From assembly GCF_032191835.1 (NCBI RefSeq), contig NC_083223.1, positions 142,166,001-142,230,000 on the forward strand: a stretch of DNA of 64,000 bases, read 5' to 3'. Within the stretch, counting starts at the first letter, position 1, and the number at the start of each line of letters is the position of its first letter. The position numbers and the translations under genes are program-made. This stretch comes from Heteronotia binoei (taxonomy: Eukaryota). A model generated the notes under the pieces. The model saw only the letters and a list, made by a program, of their open reading frames with translations, was not told the origin of the DNA and searched no databases. Below are positions 20,525-33,000 of this stretch, piece after piece.

Positions 20525-20787
20525 CAAACCCCAGGTGCAATCAGAAAGTCCATCAGCTGAAATAGAAGCCCAGACGTCCTCCCGCTGTTGCCCCCTAAGA
20601 ACAAGAATATAGAGCATCATTGCTGCAGACATAGTGTTCCACCTATACCTTGTGGCTAATAGACACTAATGGACCTCTGCTCCATATGCTAATTCAATCC
20701 ACTCTTGAAGCTGTCTATGCTTGTAGCTGCCACCAATACTTGCGGCAGTGAATTCCACATGTTACTCTTTGGATGAAGAAGCACTTC
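20525..20787 (-). mobile_element. CR1 LINE 3' fragment
   Basis: Minus strand gives NMWNSLPQVLVAATSIDSFKSGLN, matching the CR1 at 62442-63032 (NMWNSLPQEVVAATSIASFKRGLD), plus 3' UTR. Confidence 0.85.
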
Positions 20788-20798
20788 ATCCAAAGAGT

Positions 20799-21795
20799 CC
20801 TTCCTTCCCTTACCACCCAACCTACCTCCGAATCCAGCAGGAACCAATGGCAAACCGACCCCCGATGCTCCAGCCGCCATCAAACCCACATCCGGACCGC
20901 AAAGGCCAGCGTCCCTGCCAGGCATGACTCCACCAGACCTGCCCTCAAAAATAGACAGCCTGGTGAGAATACTCGCCTGCTTACCCTTCTTAGATTGCCT
21001 CACACCATCCTCCCCACCTGGAGAAAGGATGCCCGCTGCCTGTTCCAATGCTCTCAATCTACAAGCAATACTGGAATCATATCACCCTCCTCATCAGAAG
21101 AGGATAACGGCGGTGGTGGCCTTTTCACAGGAGCCTTGGGCACCTAGGAGCTGGCTTTTTTCCTTTGGGCTTGCCCAACCCTTTTCCACCAGCCATCTAA
21201 ATAGCAAGTACAAGACCACAAAATGGCCTTCTGCAGCTCCACTTTAAAATGGCTTCCCCCTGGAAGAAGAAAGAGAACTCAAAATGGCCACAAAAGACTC
21301 TGCTGCACACCAATGTTCCCAGAAGGAGAAAAATGGGGGGGGGGAGGCTCTCCAAAATGGCCACCTGCCAACCTCAAGGGCAATAATAAAAAACCCAGGT
21401 TGCCCCACAGGCCCACACCCTCAAAAATTAAAAGGGGAAAGACCAACCCCTGGGCTCCACAACCCCTGCCCCAGCAGACCCCAAACCCTAGGCAGACTCA
21501 GCCAACAAGAAGGACAATGCCACGTCCTCCACCGCCTCCGATGCCGCCGCCAGCCCGCAGCACTGCAGCCCATGCTCCAGCCGATGCTCCAGCCAACGCT
21601 TCACCCGCCACTGCCCAGTTGACTGCCACAACAAACCTCGACGTCCAACCCAATCAAAAGAAAAGCCGCAGCCTCAGCCCGATCATCTGCCAAGACGAAA
21701 GAGCTGATGAGGAGCGCCTTTTTCTCTGCGTGCCAAAACAGGCGCCCCCTGACTCTTCCCATCCAGGAAAGCTACACTGCAGGCTGCAAGCATAA
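20799..21795 (-). mobile_element. Probable 5' leader plus frameshifted gag-like ORF of a tyrosine-recombinase (DIRS/Ngaro-type) retrotransposon
   Basis: From ATG 21196 with two frameshifts: MAGGKGLGKPKGKKPAP~VPKAPVKRPPPPLSSSDEEGD~RLRALEQAAG...ILTRLSIFEG. GC-rich leader with ATTGG. The assignment rests on recalled resemblance only; no RT or YR present. Confidence 0.35.
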
Positions 21796-22280
21796 GAATC
21801 TCCCCCAACTCAAGGTTCTCAATAAATGCAATACTTTATTTCATTCTCAATAGCAAAAGACTTTTCAACACTGGAATATCCTATATCCCAGAGGTGTCTT
21901 CCCAGCCCAAGGAATTTACTGTTTTATTAACGAAAGCTCAGTTCCTCTTTTTCCTTTTAAATTCAATCAGGAAGAGCACTCAGGTCATTAATTTATGCTC
22001 CACCCTGTTCTAGGAGCTATCTTAACTCACCCAAACTTTTGTGTCAGTGCAGATCTGGCTCATTTCAATCTAATTAAAATATGTTAATCATGTTGCCTCA
22101 CCCAGACTCTTTGTTCCCATGCAGATTTGGCTCACAATAGGCTAATCAAGGTATTTTCCCCACTTTCTCCCACCAGAGTTTGATAGCAGTTAACTTTAAA
22201 TCAACCAGTGAAGTGAAATTCAAACTTTTTATCTTGATCCAATCCAATGCCAGGAAGACCGAAATTCCGTGTGCACTGGG

Positions 22281-22557
22281 GATGATGATGATACTGGATT
22301 TATATCCTGCTCTCCACTCTGAATCTCAGAGTCTCAGAGCAGCTCACAATTTCCTTTATCTTCCTCCCCCACAACAGACACCCTGTGAGGTGGGTGGGGC
22401 TGAGAGGACTCTCACAACAGCTGCCTTTTTCAAGGACAACCTCTGCCAGAGCTATGGCTGACCCAAGGCCTTTCCAGCAGGTGCAAGTGGAGGAATGGGG
22501 AATCAAACCTGATTCTCCTAGATAACAGTCCGCACACTTAACCACTACACCAAACTG
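22281..22557 (-). mobile_element. tRNA-derived SINE with L2-like tail (Squam2-like)
   Basis: Reverse complement of the 9512 family; (CAT)n tail. Confidence 0.85.
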
Positions 22558-24855
22558 TCCATAAAAGAACCCCATGCCATAGCCAATTGTTCCTCATATC
22601 CCTGGCCAAAAAACCCTGCTGTAGTGTGCAGGCTTTTTCTCCTTGCTCAGCCCGCTCCTTGCTCTGCTCCCTGGACCTCAGCTTTGTTTCCCCTATAGCT
22701 CTCCAGACCTCATGCCCAGGATTTTAGGTCATATGTCCCTTCCCTTCCTTAAAACTTCCAGATTTCCTCCCTCCTACCTCTTATAACTGTGCCCTCTTGT
22801 TGGTGTATGTGTGTGCATGTGTGATTTACTTAGGGAATTAGTTCTCAGGTATCCAGTGTAGGTTATATTTTTATTTGTTTTGTTTTGTTTTGTATGCAAT
22901 AACATTATTTGTGTGTACAATCTCTCTGTCTCTCTAATTTTATTTTGGGGTATCACTACCAAGATTCACCCTGGCAAACATAGGCCATGATCCTGCATTA
23001 TTTCTTTCTGGAACCCTTTTAAAGCGAATTTCCCCTCCTTTGGGTCCAGTTTGGGTAACAGTACCTTGATTGTTGTTTGATTAGCAATGCTCTATGATTT
23101 TTGCAGTGTGAGTGCTAGTCCTTCCCCTTCCTTCCAGTTCTTTCTTGGAGAGGCATGAATCCCTGGTTACTGTTGATGAGATGTTGATGAGACAACAGTA
23201 ATGTCTTCTAAGAATGTTCTGTTGTGCATTGCTGTTACAGAGCTCCTGTGGCCCCTGCTAGGGCTGGTCAGCATCCCACATCTTCAGTACAGATACTCTT
23301 TCCATTTCTATCATAACCTCAACTGTGATGCGTAGAAGCTGAGAGCTAGAAATTTTTAAAAGCCTCTGTGTGTGTGTGTGGTGGGGAGAGAACATTCCAT
23401 CCACTTAAGGTGACAAATTAAAATCCGAATGATTTCTTCTAATCTATCTATCTTGTCATTTCTTTTGTGATTTAATGATGGACCTGGTGGGGAAATTTCT
23501 GTGCTAGGATAGCATGAAGAACGTATCTGACATTTCATTCTGCTCACCTGTGACCTCTCTATTATCCTCCTCACTAATCCCTGAATGAAACATTTCACGA
23601 GCTATTTGCTCTTTCCTGGCCATGTAATTATTATGCCCATTATTCCTTTTGTTTAGTTGATTAATTTTTTTAATGTTTAATTTTTGGAAATCTGAGGCTA
23701 TTTTCTAGTCAGTGTGCTTCTGTAAGGCATGTGGTGTGTCACTATAAGATAACACTTGCAGGTCACTGAAGGCATTTGGCTTTTCCTCCTTGTTCATAGC
23801 ACCCACAAGGCTTGTGTTATCTTAGAATAACACATGTCTTGTCAAGCCTTCTTGCATCCCTTTTTTGATGGATATGGTTTCTGTCAGATTATTAAAAGGA
23901 ATAGCACTTTAAATTGTTATGATTTTACTTACTGTCTCAAGTTCCATGCTAAGATGTATAACCCTCTCTTATCAAGTGCGCTTAATGTGAATGTAGCTAG
24001 ATTATTACTGGGGGAAGGCATAAAGCAGCCTTTAGCTTCTCAAGGGGAGAATTCAATGTATTGGGCAAGTCCCATTGTTTGTTTTTGTCCATACATATGA
24101 AACTCTTTTTAAAAAAAATCCCAACCATAAGAAAAGATGAATGTGAATGCTGTGATTTACACAAACTGGAAATGTGTAAGTCAAATCAGTTTTGCCTGCC
24201 AACTCAAATACCAGATTCTTTGAAATAAGTTTTCCATTCCATGTTTTCTCATGTATGTGCGGCAGCCCTAATTGGAAAAATGGTTTATGTAATATCCTGT
24301 GGATTCAGTCCCAGAATAGACCATACAAGCCTCACTTATCATACTTTTCTTTGAAATGTTATTTTGTAGCCTATTCCTTGTTAATTTATTTAAGCACTAT
24401 TATTATGCTTCTCCACAGCACAAAGTAACAGACAATCCCAAAGTATCTAAAACTAAGCATCATGAAAAATAAAACATCCTCCAAACTAGAAACCATAAAA
24501 ACAATAAAGATGCAATATCAACACCTTCATTCAAAACAAATTAATCCAAATCAATATAACCAATTTACATGTCAGCTGTATCTAAGTGATCATCTCTGAG
24601 CAGCAGCAATTGCAAAACAACCCAAACCTCTGGCCCAGTACTTAGTTCAGCAATAATTACTTGTAATTCAGCAATAAAACAGTAACTATTTTATTGCAAA
24701 GGAACTTCAGAAACAGACTGGAATGGGAGGCTGTTGAATTTCAAGTTATTACAACACTCAGGATAATGGAACCCCCAGGACTTAACAGAGATATCAGCTT
24801 CTTATCTCACTACACACGCTAAGTCGCTCAGTGCTCATTTATACCCAGAAATCAA

Positions 24856-25155
24856 ACTTTGTTGGTCTTAAAGGTATCACTGGACTCAAACTTAGTTCTG
24901 TTTGTTAACTCTTGCATTTGTATGCTGATCTACTGCCAATCACATTTTACAAACTGCCTTAATCCTATCTCAGATATAATCATCCAGTACTTATGCATCT
25001 TGACTGGCCCTTCCTGTCAATCAAATCCCACCCCATATGTAATGGTTGAGGAAATTCTGTTTCACTGTATCTGAGGAAGTGTGCTTGCACATGGAAGCTT
25101 ATATCTTGTATAAAACTTTGTTGGTCTTAAAAGTGCCACTGGACTAAAACTTTGT
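24856..25155 (+). mobile_element. Penelope-like partial tandem terminal repeat (pLTR) with degenerate hammerhead
   Basis: AAACTTTGTTGGTCTTAAA(G/A)GT...CACTGGACT occurs twice (~24856 and ~25113). GTATCTGAGGAAG-TGTGCttGCACA-TGGAAGCTTATA at 25067-25103. Confidence 0.65.
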
Positions 25156-26033
25156 ACCTCATGTTAGTATTACTTTCATATTATGCTCTAATTTTTATTG
25201 TGTTTCTTGATCTTTGTTGTATTTTCTTTCTCATACATGTTATATCTTTATTTCTGCTTAGTGGAAAAGCAAAAAAAAAAAAAAACCTAGCAAGATTAAG
25301 GTTAGCTATTTTTAACCAGCAGCCTAGATGCTGTAAATGTTTCTTATTTCCCCATTGGCTGCATTTCCTATCCAAGCAGCAGTAGGAATAATCCCCTAGA
25401 GGTAAGATCAATTCTATTAACAGATGAAACAAACCTGATGTATATTTTGAAGGTATGGTCAACTTAACCATACCCATTTCCATTTTCCCTAAAGGCCAAA
25501 TTCTGTTTTAGGAACAACTCAAAGCAGCTGCTTTTAATTGCTTGTGGGCATGTTGAATTTCTTTTGTATTCTCCTGGCTGCTACAAGCATTAGGAGGCTT
25601 CTCATACCTTCTTCCTTGTTCAGTTCTTGTCACAAAAAGGCTTGTGTATTATCATGGTCTACACGCCCTGGATTAACCATTAAGCAAAATAAGAACATGT
25701 TTAGGGCACCAAGACAAGGGGATTACCACAGAGTCTCCCCCCCAGATATCACACTTTTAACTTTCACTGCCACACTCAACTTTAGTTGATTTTTTTGTAA
25801 TTGTCCTTGTTTGCTATGTTTAACTTTAATATGCATTGTTAAAACATTTTCATTGGCATGTTGAGTGACTCAATTTTGCCTTCAGTACTTATTGAGTCTT
25901 AGTGTCTTGTCAGTTAAGCAATGAAAGGGCCAAGGGACACCATTATTGGACTATGCTTATGGTATCAGATGGCCTTAATCTGGTTCTGCAGTCTACCATT
26001 TAAGAGATCAGATGTGTGATACCTTGGAAACAT

Positions 26034-26498
26034 TGACTGACATGATAGAGGTTTACAAGATTATGCATGGGATAGAGAAGGTAGAGAAAGAAGCACTTTT
26101 CTCCCTTTCTCACAATACAAGAACTTGTGGACACTCAATGAAATTGCTGAGCAGTCAGGTTAGAACTGATAAAACAAAGTACTTCACCCAAAGGTTGATT
26201 AACACATGGAATGCACTGCCACATGAGGTGGTGACAGCAGCCAGCAAAGACAGCTTCAAGAGGGGACTAGATAAACATATGGAGCAGAGGTCCATCAGTG
26301 GTTATTAGTGGAACTCTCTGTCTGGGGCAGTGATGCTCTGTATTCTTAGTGCTTGAGGGGGGGGGCACAGTGGGAGGGCTTCTAGTGTTCTGAACCTCCT
26401 GATGGTGCCTGGTTTTTTGGCCACTGTGTGGCACAGAGTGTTGGACTGGATGGGCCATTGGTCTGATCCAACATGACTTCTCTTATGTTCTTTTGTTC
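26034..26498 (+). mobile_element. CR1 LINE 3' fragment
   Basis: DMIEVYKIMHGIEKVEKE...NTWNALP...SFKRGLDKHM C-terminus, then 3' UTR and TTCTCTTATGTTCT tail. Confidence 0.9.
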
Positions 26499-27221
26499 CT
26501 TTAAATTTGAAGTGTTAATCCTGTTGCTTAGAACTACTGCTCCTGCTAAGGTACTTATATCATCCAAGCTTTACTTTGCTGGTTGACTGAGGACTACACA
26601 ATACAGACTGGATCTAGTCACAAGTGAAGTCACTTCCAAAGCATGGAAGTGACTTTAATAATAAGATCCTGGGAGAATCAAGGTGACTGTGGAATGAACT
26701 TCCTTCATCTTGATTATCTTTGGACAAGAAGGGTTCTCATTTATTTATTTTAGCTATTTATATCCTGCTTTTTCCCTCAATGGGGATCCATTGCAGCTTA
26801 AAGCTGTCTCTCAGGCCTTGGAACAATTTGTGCAAAATTGTTTTTAGATAGCTATGATGACCTAACCTACTTCCCTCCCATATAGGCAAGATTTTCCCTC
26901 CATTTTTCTTTATCTTTCTGAATGAGCAGCCCTACTTATCGATTATGGCTGTTCCATCCTGTCACAGTATGAAATTTTGCTGCTAGCTCAGCCCAGAAAC
27001 CTGAGGTAAGGGTCAAGATCCCCTTTCAACTTAAATCAATTAAATGGCACTTGAGGCTTTTTAAAGTTCAAAATTAACAACATATTTTATTCAACATAGA
27101 GGGGAAAGGTCAGGTGAAATCAGGGGTAAAATTTCTGAGGGTAAATCAATATAGACATAGACTACAGTTCATATATTTCAAACAACTGAGAATTTCTTAT
27201 ACTTTTCACAGTATCTTAAAG

Positions 27222-27356
27222 CAGGGGTGGCCAACGGTAAGTCTCCAGATGTTTTTCCCTACAACTCCCATCAGCCCCAGCCATTGGTCATGCTGGCTGA
27301 GGGTGATGGGAGTTGTAGGCAAAAAACATCTGGAGAGCTACCGATGGCCACCACTG
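27222..27356. mobile_element. Palindromic hAT MITE (CAGGGGTGGCCAA family), copy 1
   Basis: TIR CAGGGGTGGCC...GGCCACCACTG, self-complementary body, degenerate TSD TCTTAAAG/ACTTAGAA. Confidence 0.8.
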
Positions 27357-27467
27357 ACTTAGAACCTTTAAGACAAGAGGCTTTTGTTTCAGTGTTTCCA
27401 AAACATTCCAATATACTTTGAGCATATTTGGCTCTTTTGGTTTCCAGAAGGCAGGGATACTCTATCC

Positions 27468-27604
27468 CAGGGGTGGCCAACAGTAGCTCTCCAGATGTTT
27501 TTTGCCTACAACTCCCATCAGCCCCAGCCATTGGCCATGCTGGCTGGGGCTGATGGGAGTTGTAGGGAAAAAAACATCTGGAGACCTACCGTTGGCCACC
27601 CCTG
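27468..27604. mobile_element. Palindromic hAT MITE (CAGGGGTGGCCAA family), copy 2
   Basis: TIR CAGGGGTGGCCAAC...GTTGGCCACCCCTG. Perfect 8-bp TSD CTCTATCC. Confidence 0.92.
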
Positions 27605-29726
27605 CTCTATCCAGTACCCAAACTCTTTATCTAAACATACCAGTACTTTTCTTAGTTTTAACTGACTCCTCAGGATTTAAAAGGCAGTTTCTAAACACAC
27701 CAGACCAGAGATCTCTCCACTCTTCAGAGCTATCTCCCTTTTCCTACTGAGTAGGAAATCCCTCACCAGAAGATCTGTCTCCTTTTCTGGCTTAAATGGG
27801 AGTCTTCACCTAACTACACACTCCTCCTGCCAACCTTCCCAGTACTCCATCTATGTTGAACTGCTCTCAATCAGGGCTAGGCTGAAACTCATCAGTACTA
27901 GACTCTTCTCAGTCAGGGCTGAATTCAGAATCCATCAGCACCCATCTTTTCTTTGTCTGGGCTAGACTCAAACTGCATTTTCTTCAGCATTCAGTTCTGA
28001 AGTTTTTCACTGCTGAACTGATGCTAACCAGCCTGCCACTCAAGGCTCAAGACTATCACTCAACCCTTCACAGTCCATTACCTGTGTACACAGCACTTCT
28101 GTAATTTTAAAGTGTAGTCTGTCACAGCAGCTTTAGAATGTTTTTCTTTTGTTTGATATGTAAATGCCATGTGATTCAGCCTGTGTTGAAAAGAAATGCA
28201 TTTTTAAAAATTGCCTGTGATCTGGACCCTGTTTAAACTCACCTATTGTTAACATTGTTGGCTATGCTTTACACTACCGATACCCATTATTCAGAAGTTT
28301 TTATCAGAGGAACTGGGGCATCCTCAGCTCCCTATAAAGACTGAGTTGGTGGCAGGTATGACTACTGGGCTTTTATAGGTGGAATGGCAAAGTGAGGCAG
28401 ATGTTAAATATCTGCTTTAACCCAGGATTTCAGCAACAGGAGGTAATGGTAGTTCTCCAGTATGATGAGGAGAAAGATGTTTACACAGGGGCAAAAGACA
28501 AATTTACTCCTGAATTACTGCTGGAAAAAACCTGATATTTTCTCTCCCTTTCTACTCTGTTACAGCTCTTAAATCTGTTGATTGGACCATTGTCTGCCTT
28601 TCCAACCATTTCCTCCAATAAGACTTGCAATATAGGTTCCAGTATTTCCACTGTACCATGAATAGCATTTTATGTAACAATAACATCACCTCCCAAGCTT
28701 TAATTCTCATTGTTTACTCTAGAGATGCAATCTCGATCTGATTTGCTTTCAATATTGCAGCTGTATTTTAATCTGAGGGCTTTAGGGAGTTTTCTACAAA
28801 CAAATCCCAAATCTCTCCCTCATTTAATAATCCCTATTCTGCTCTGGCAAATATTTTTTTTCCTCGATGTGTACTGATTAGTGAGGTATCTGAATGTAAA
28901 TAATGTTTTTTTTCTGTTTCAGTCTCTTCATCATTTCTACTGATTCATTTGCAATAATGTCACAGAGCATGGTCTGTAGCATCGCAATTACTTACAGAGA
29001 TGTCAATGATGATGTCACAAGACCTGTGGTATCTCTGAGGCAAGCAGTTTGGAGGGGGGAAGGAAGGCAGACACTTAACAGAATTCTTGTATGGGTATTC
29101 ATATACTTATAACCAGATGATACAAAAATTATACCAGTCCAGGATAACTGTATCAGCTGAAGGTACCAGCAGCCTTATACTGAAGGACAGACCTGTTGTT
29201 TAAATGGGGCAAAATACCAGGATCCGACTGCGATTGTGATGCAGCCTGACAAACTATTTTCCAGCTGTCACAGGAATGTGAGCATCATGCTCTTTGAACT
29301 CTCCCCAGCTGTGACTGAGGGGATTGAAAACCTAGATATTAGTATTTAGGGGGATTGCCCAATCAGTCTTGATACTTGCTGTATCAACTTGCTTGCATAT
29401 TTTATATTATTATATGCTTTCTGTGTGTAACTCTGCCATACAATAAATGAATAAATACTGACGTTCAAGCAGATATAAAACAAGTATTGATACATAAGTT
29501 AAACATCAAAGTATATGAACATCTACTCTATACTGAGCCAGGCCATTGATTATATAGTCTACATTACCTACTCTGATTGGCAATGCTCTTTCAAAATTTC
29601 AGAGTGGTCTTTCCTATCCTTGCTATTTAAATTTCTTTTCAAAAGCTGTGCTCTTCCACTGACCTTTGGCCTGGAAAAGTCTATCAAATGAACAGGACAT
29701 AAGGCATAAAAGCATTTGATTGTTCT

Positions 29727-29984
29727 TGTAGTGTATTGTCAGCTAAACGCGCCATGCGCTGAGGCGACTGGGCTGCCCCAGGCGCTCCAGCGTAGGGCAC
29801 GGAATCCCCCGCCAATCACCAGCTGTGGCGGGAAGTTTAACAAGTCAGGATTGGCCTGACCTGTCCAGTAGGCTGTACCGGGGTTTGTACATAAGCGGGA
29901 CCCGGCCCGCGTGTTCGCTCTCTCGCAACGTGCTCTGAATAATGAATGTTGCCCAACTCGTGTCTCCCGTTTGAGTACGTTACA
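29727..29984 (+). repeat. 5' LTR (258 bp)
   Basis: TGTAGTG...GTTACA; 8 differences from the 3' LTR. Confidence 0.97.
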
Positions 29985-29985
29985 G

Positions 29986-30005
29986 TGGCGATGAAGGTGG
30001 GATTC
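29986..30005 (+). promoter_or_regulatory. Primer binding site, probably tRNA-Ser(GCU)
   Basis: TGGCGATGAAGGTGGGATTC, 1 nt after the LTR. 18/20 match to the complement of the vertebrate tRNA-Ser(GCU) 3' end as recalled (TGGCGACGAGGGTGGGATTC). Confidence 0.75.
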
Positions 30006-30069
30006 TAGCCTCATCGGCTACGTCGGAGACCAAGGGCACCACCAGGCCACGACCGCCGCCGCAGCCACC

Positions 30070-33000
30070 ATGGCCAACCAGGGCAGAAACACCGGTCACG
30101 TTGAGCCGTTCGACCCCGCGAATCCCGAGGCCTAGGAGTCCTACTTGGAACGAGTCGAATGCTACCTGAGGGCCAACAAAGTCACGGAGGACAGTATGAA
30201 GAGGGACGTTCTCCTGAGCGTCTGCGGGGCGGCCACCTTCGAGATCGCTAAAGGTCTCTCGGCCCCTGCCCGCCTCACGGAGAAGTCCTTCGCGGAAGTC
30301 AGCAGACTCCTCACCGGCCACTTCTTGCCTCAGCCTTCGCGGGTGGCCCGCCGGTTCCTGTTCCACAAAAGGGACCAGGCTGCTGGAGAATCAGCTGCCA
30401 ATTACCTGGCGGCCCTACGCAGGATCGCTGGGAACTGTAACTTCCCTCAGCTAGAGGAGACCCTGGCCGATCGCTTCACGTGGGGTCTCCGCGACGAGAG
30501 GCTCCAGCAGAAGCTCTTCGCCAAAGAGGAGCTCACCCTCCAGAGCGCCTTCAGCGAAGCCGTGGTGTTCGAGAGGACCTCGAGGACCTTCCCCAAGGCC
30601 CGGTAGGACGCCGTTCACCATGAGGATCTGGACCACGACCACCCAGAGGAGGGAGAAGCCCACCAGCCGCGCCGGCCAGCCGGGCCACCCAACCGAGCAT
30701 CCCAGCGCCCCCGAGCGCCCGAACGACCCCCAGCGGCGGAGAGGTCTCCAGCCACCAAGTGCGCCAGCTGCGGCGACCCCCACGACAGGCAGGACTGCCA
30801 GTACTGGACCTGGGACTGCCAGAGCTGGCGGAAGACCGGACACATCGCGAGGGCCTGCCGGGCCAGGCCCAGCCATCGGAGGCCGGCCACCCACCAAGAG
30901 TCGGCGGAGTTCCACGCCACTGCCTCCACGTCCCTACAGGTACTGAACTTGCCCCTAAGCGTCCCTAACAAAATCAAAATGGCGGTCCTAATAGAGGGAG
31001 CCCCATGCCAAATGGAGGGGGACTCGGGTTCCTCCATTTCAATTATATCGGAGGAGACCCTGAGGAACCTGTGTCCCGGGCAGCGGTTTCAGACAAGACC
31101 GGCGGACTTTGTTCTAAGGGACTTTCAGAAGAACCCGGTCCAAATCGCGGGGTGGGCCCGGGTGCACGTCGAGTGGGGGTCCTTCAGGGGGCCGTTGGAC
31201 ATTCTGGTGGTCAAGCACCAGCTGACCACCCTGTTAGGACTGGCATGGTTCAAACCCCTGGGAATACGGATGGAAGGGGTGGGGCAAATCATATCCACCA
31301 GTGGGGTCGGGGATGTATGCCGCGAGTTCCCCAACATATTTGATGGGTCCCTGGGGAGCTACAAGGGGCCGGCCATCTCCCTACCGCTGGACCCCACGGT
31401 CCGACCAATCAGGCTCAAGGCCAGAAGTGTCCCATTCGCCCTCAAGCCCAAAATAGAGGCTGAACTGGACCGCCTAATGGCCCAAGGGGTACTGGAGCCA
31501 GTAGACTACGCCACGTGGGAGACCCCAATAGTCACACCGGTCAAGCCTAACGGAGAGGTGCGGATCTGTGCCGACTATAAGTGCACCATAAACAGGGCAC
31601 TTCAAGACAATCCGTACCCAGTACCGGTAGTAAGCCACGTTCTGGCAGCTCTAGCGGGGTCAAAGATCTTCGGGAAGCTGGACCTGGCACAGGCCTATCA
31701 GCAGCTCCCGGTAGATGAAAAAACGGCAGAGGCCCAAACCATTGTCACACACAGGGGGGCCTTCAGGGTGCGGAGGCTACAGTTCGGGGTGAGCGTGGCT
31801 CCGGGGATCTTCCAAAGCATAATGGACGCTCTCCTTAAAGGAATCCCCGGAGTCCAACCGTTTTCCGACGATGTTTTGATCGCCGCTCCCGACCCCGAGG
31901 AATTCAACAACCGCCTCCGAGAAGTGCTCCGCCGGTTCCAGTCTGCGGGGCTCAAAGTCAAGCGGGAAAAGTGCTTACTGGGTGTCCCGTGAGTGGAGTT
32001 CTTAGGGTTTGCTGTAGACGCAGCAGGGATCCACCCGACGGAGGAGAAAACATGAGCCATTGTACAAGCCCCGGCCCCCACATGCAAAGCTGAACTCCAA
32101 AGTTTCTTGGGGTTGCTAAATTTTTATCACACGTTCCTCCCACACAAGGCAGCCTTGGCAGAACCACTACACCGGCTGCTAGACAAACACGCCCCTTGGG
32201 TATGGGGCAAACACCAAGCCGCAGCGTTCCAGGCGGTTAAAGACACGCTGGTCTCAAATGCAGTGCTCCACCACTTCGATGAGCGCCTTCCGGTCATACT
32301 GGCTTGTGACGCATCGCCATACGGGGTTGGCGCCGTCCTGGGGCACCAACTCCCAGACGGGAGGGAGGTGCCAGTAGCATATTACTCCCGCACGCTCACG
32401 CAGGCAGAGCGCAATTACGCGCAGATTGATAAAGAGGCTCTGGCCATAGTAGCGGGGGTCCACAAGTTCAACGATTACCTTTATGGGCGGAGGTTCACGA
32501 TCGCCACCGACCACAAGCCGCTCTTGGGTCTGCTAGCGCCGGACCGCCAGACCCCACAAATACTGTCCCAGAGGGTACTGAGGTGGAACCAGTTCCTAAA
32601 TTCCTACATGTACACACTGGTCCACCGAGCGGGCAAGTCCATGGGCCACGCGGACGCGCTCAGTCGCTTGCCGCTACCCGAAGTGGGTCCAGACCCCGTC
32701 CCCACACACCACATCATGCTAGTGGAGAGCCTCCCGGAACAACCCCTCCACGCAGCGGAGGTCGCCAAGGCCACCCACAGACACAAGACACTGGCACGGG
32801 TGCTCGACTGGGTGGTGAGGAAGTTGGCCAGAAGGGAACATGGGGGAAGAATTCAAACCATATAAAGCTAGGAGGGAGGAACTAGCAGCCCACAAAGGGT
32901 GCCTCTTTTGGGGAAGTAGGGTGGTGGTTCTGCCCCCGCTACAAAAGCGTGTACTGGAGTCCCTACATGAGACCCACCCCGGCATAGTCCGAATGAAGGC

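Noticed and set aside
21223-21795. 190-aa Pro-rich plus-strand ORF
   Set aside because: Low-complexity antisense reading of a GC-rich TE leader; no domain.
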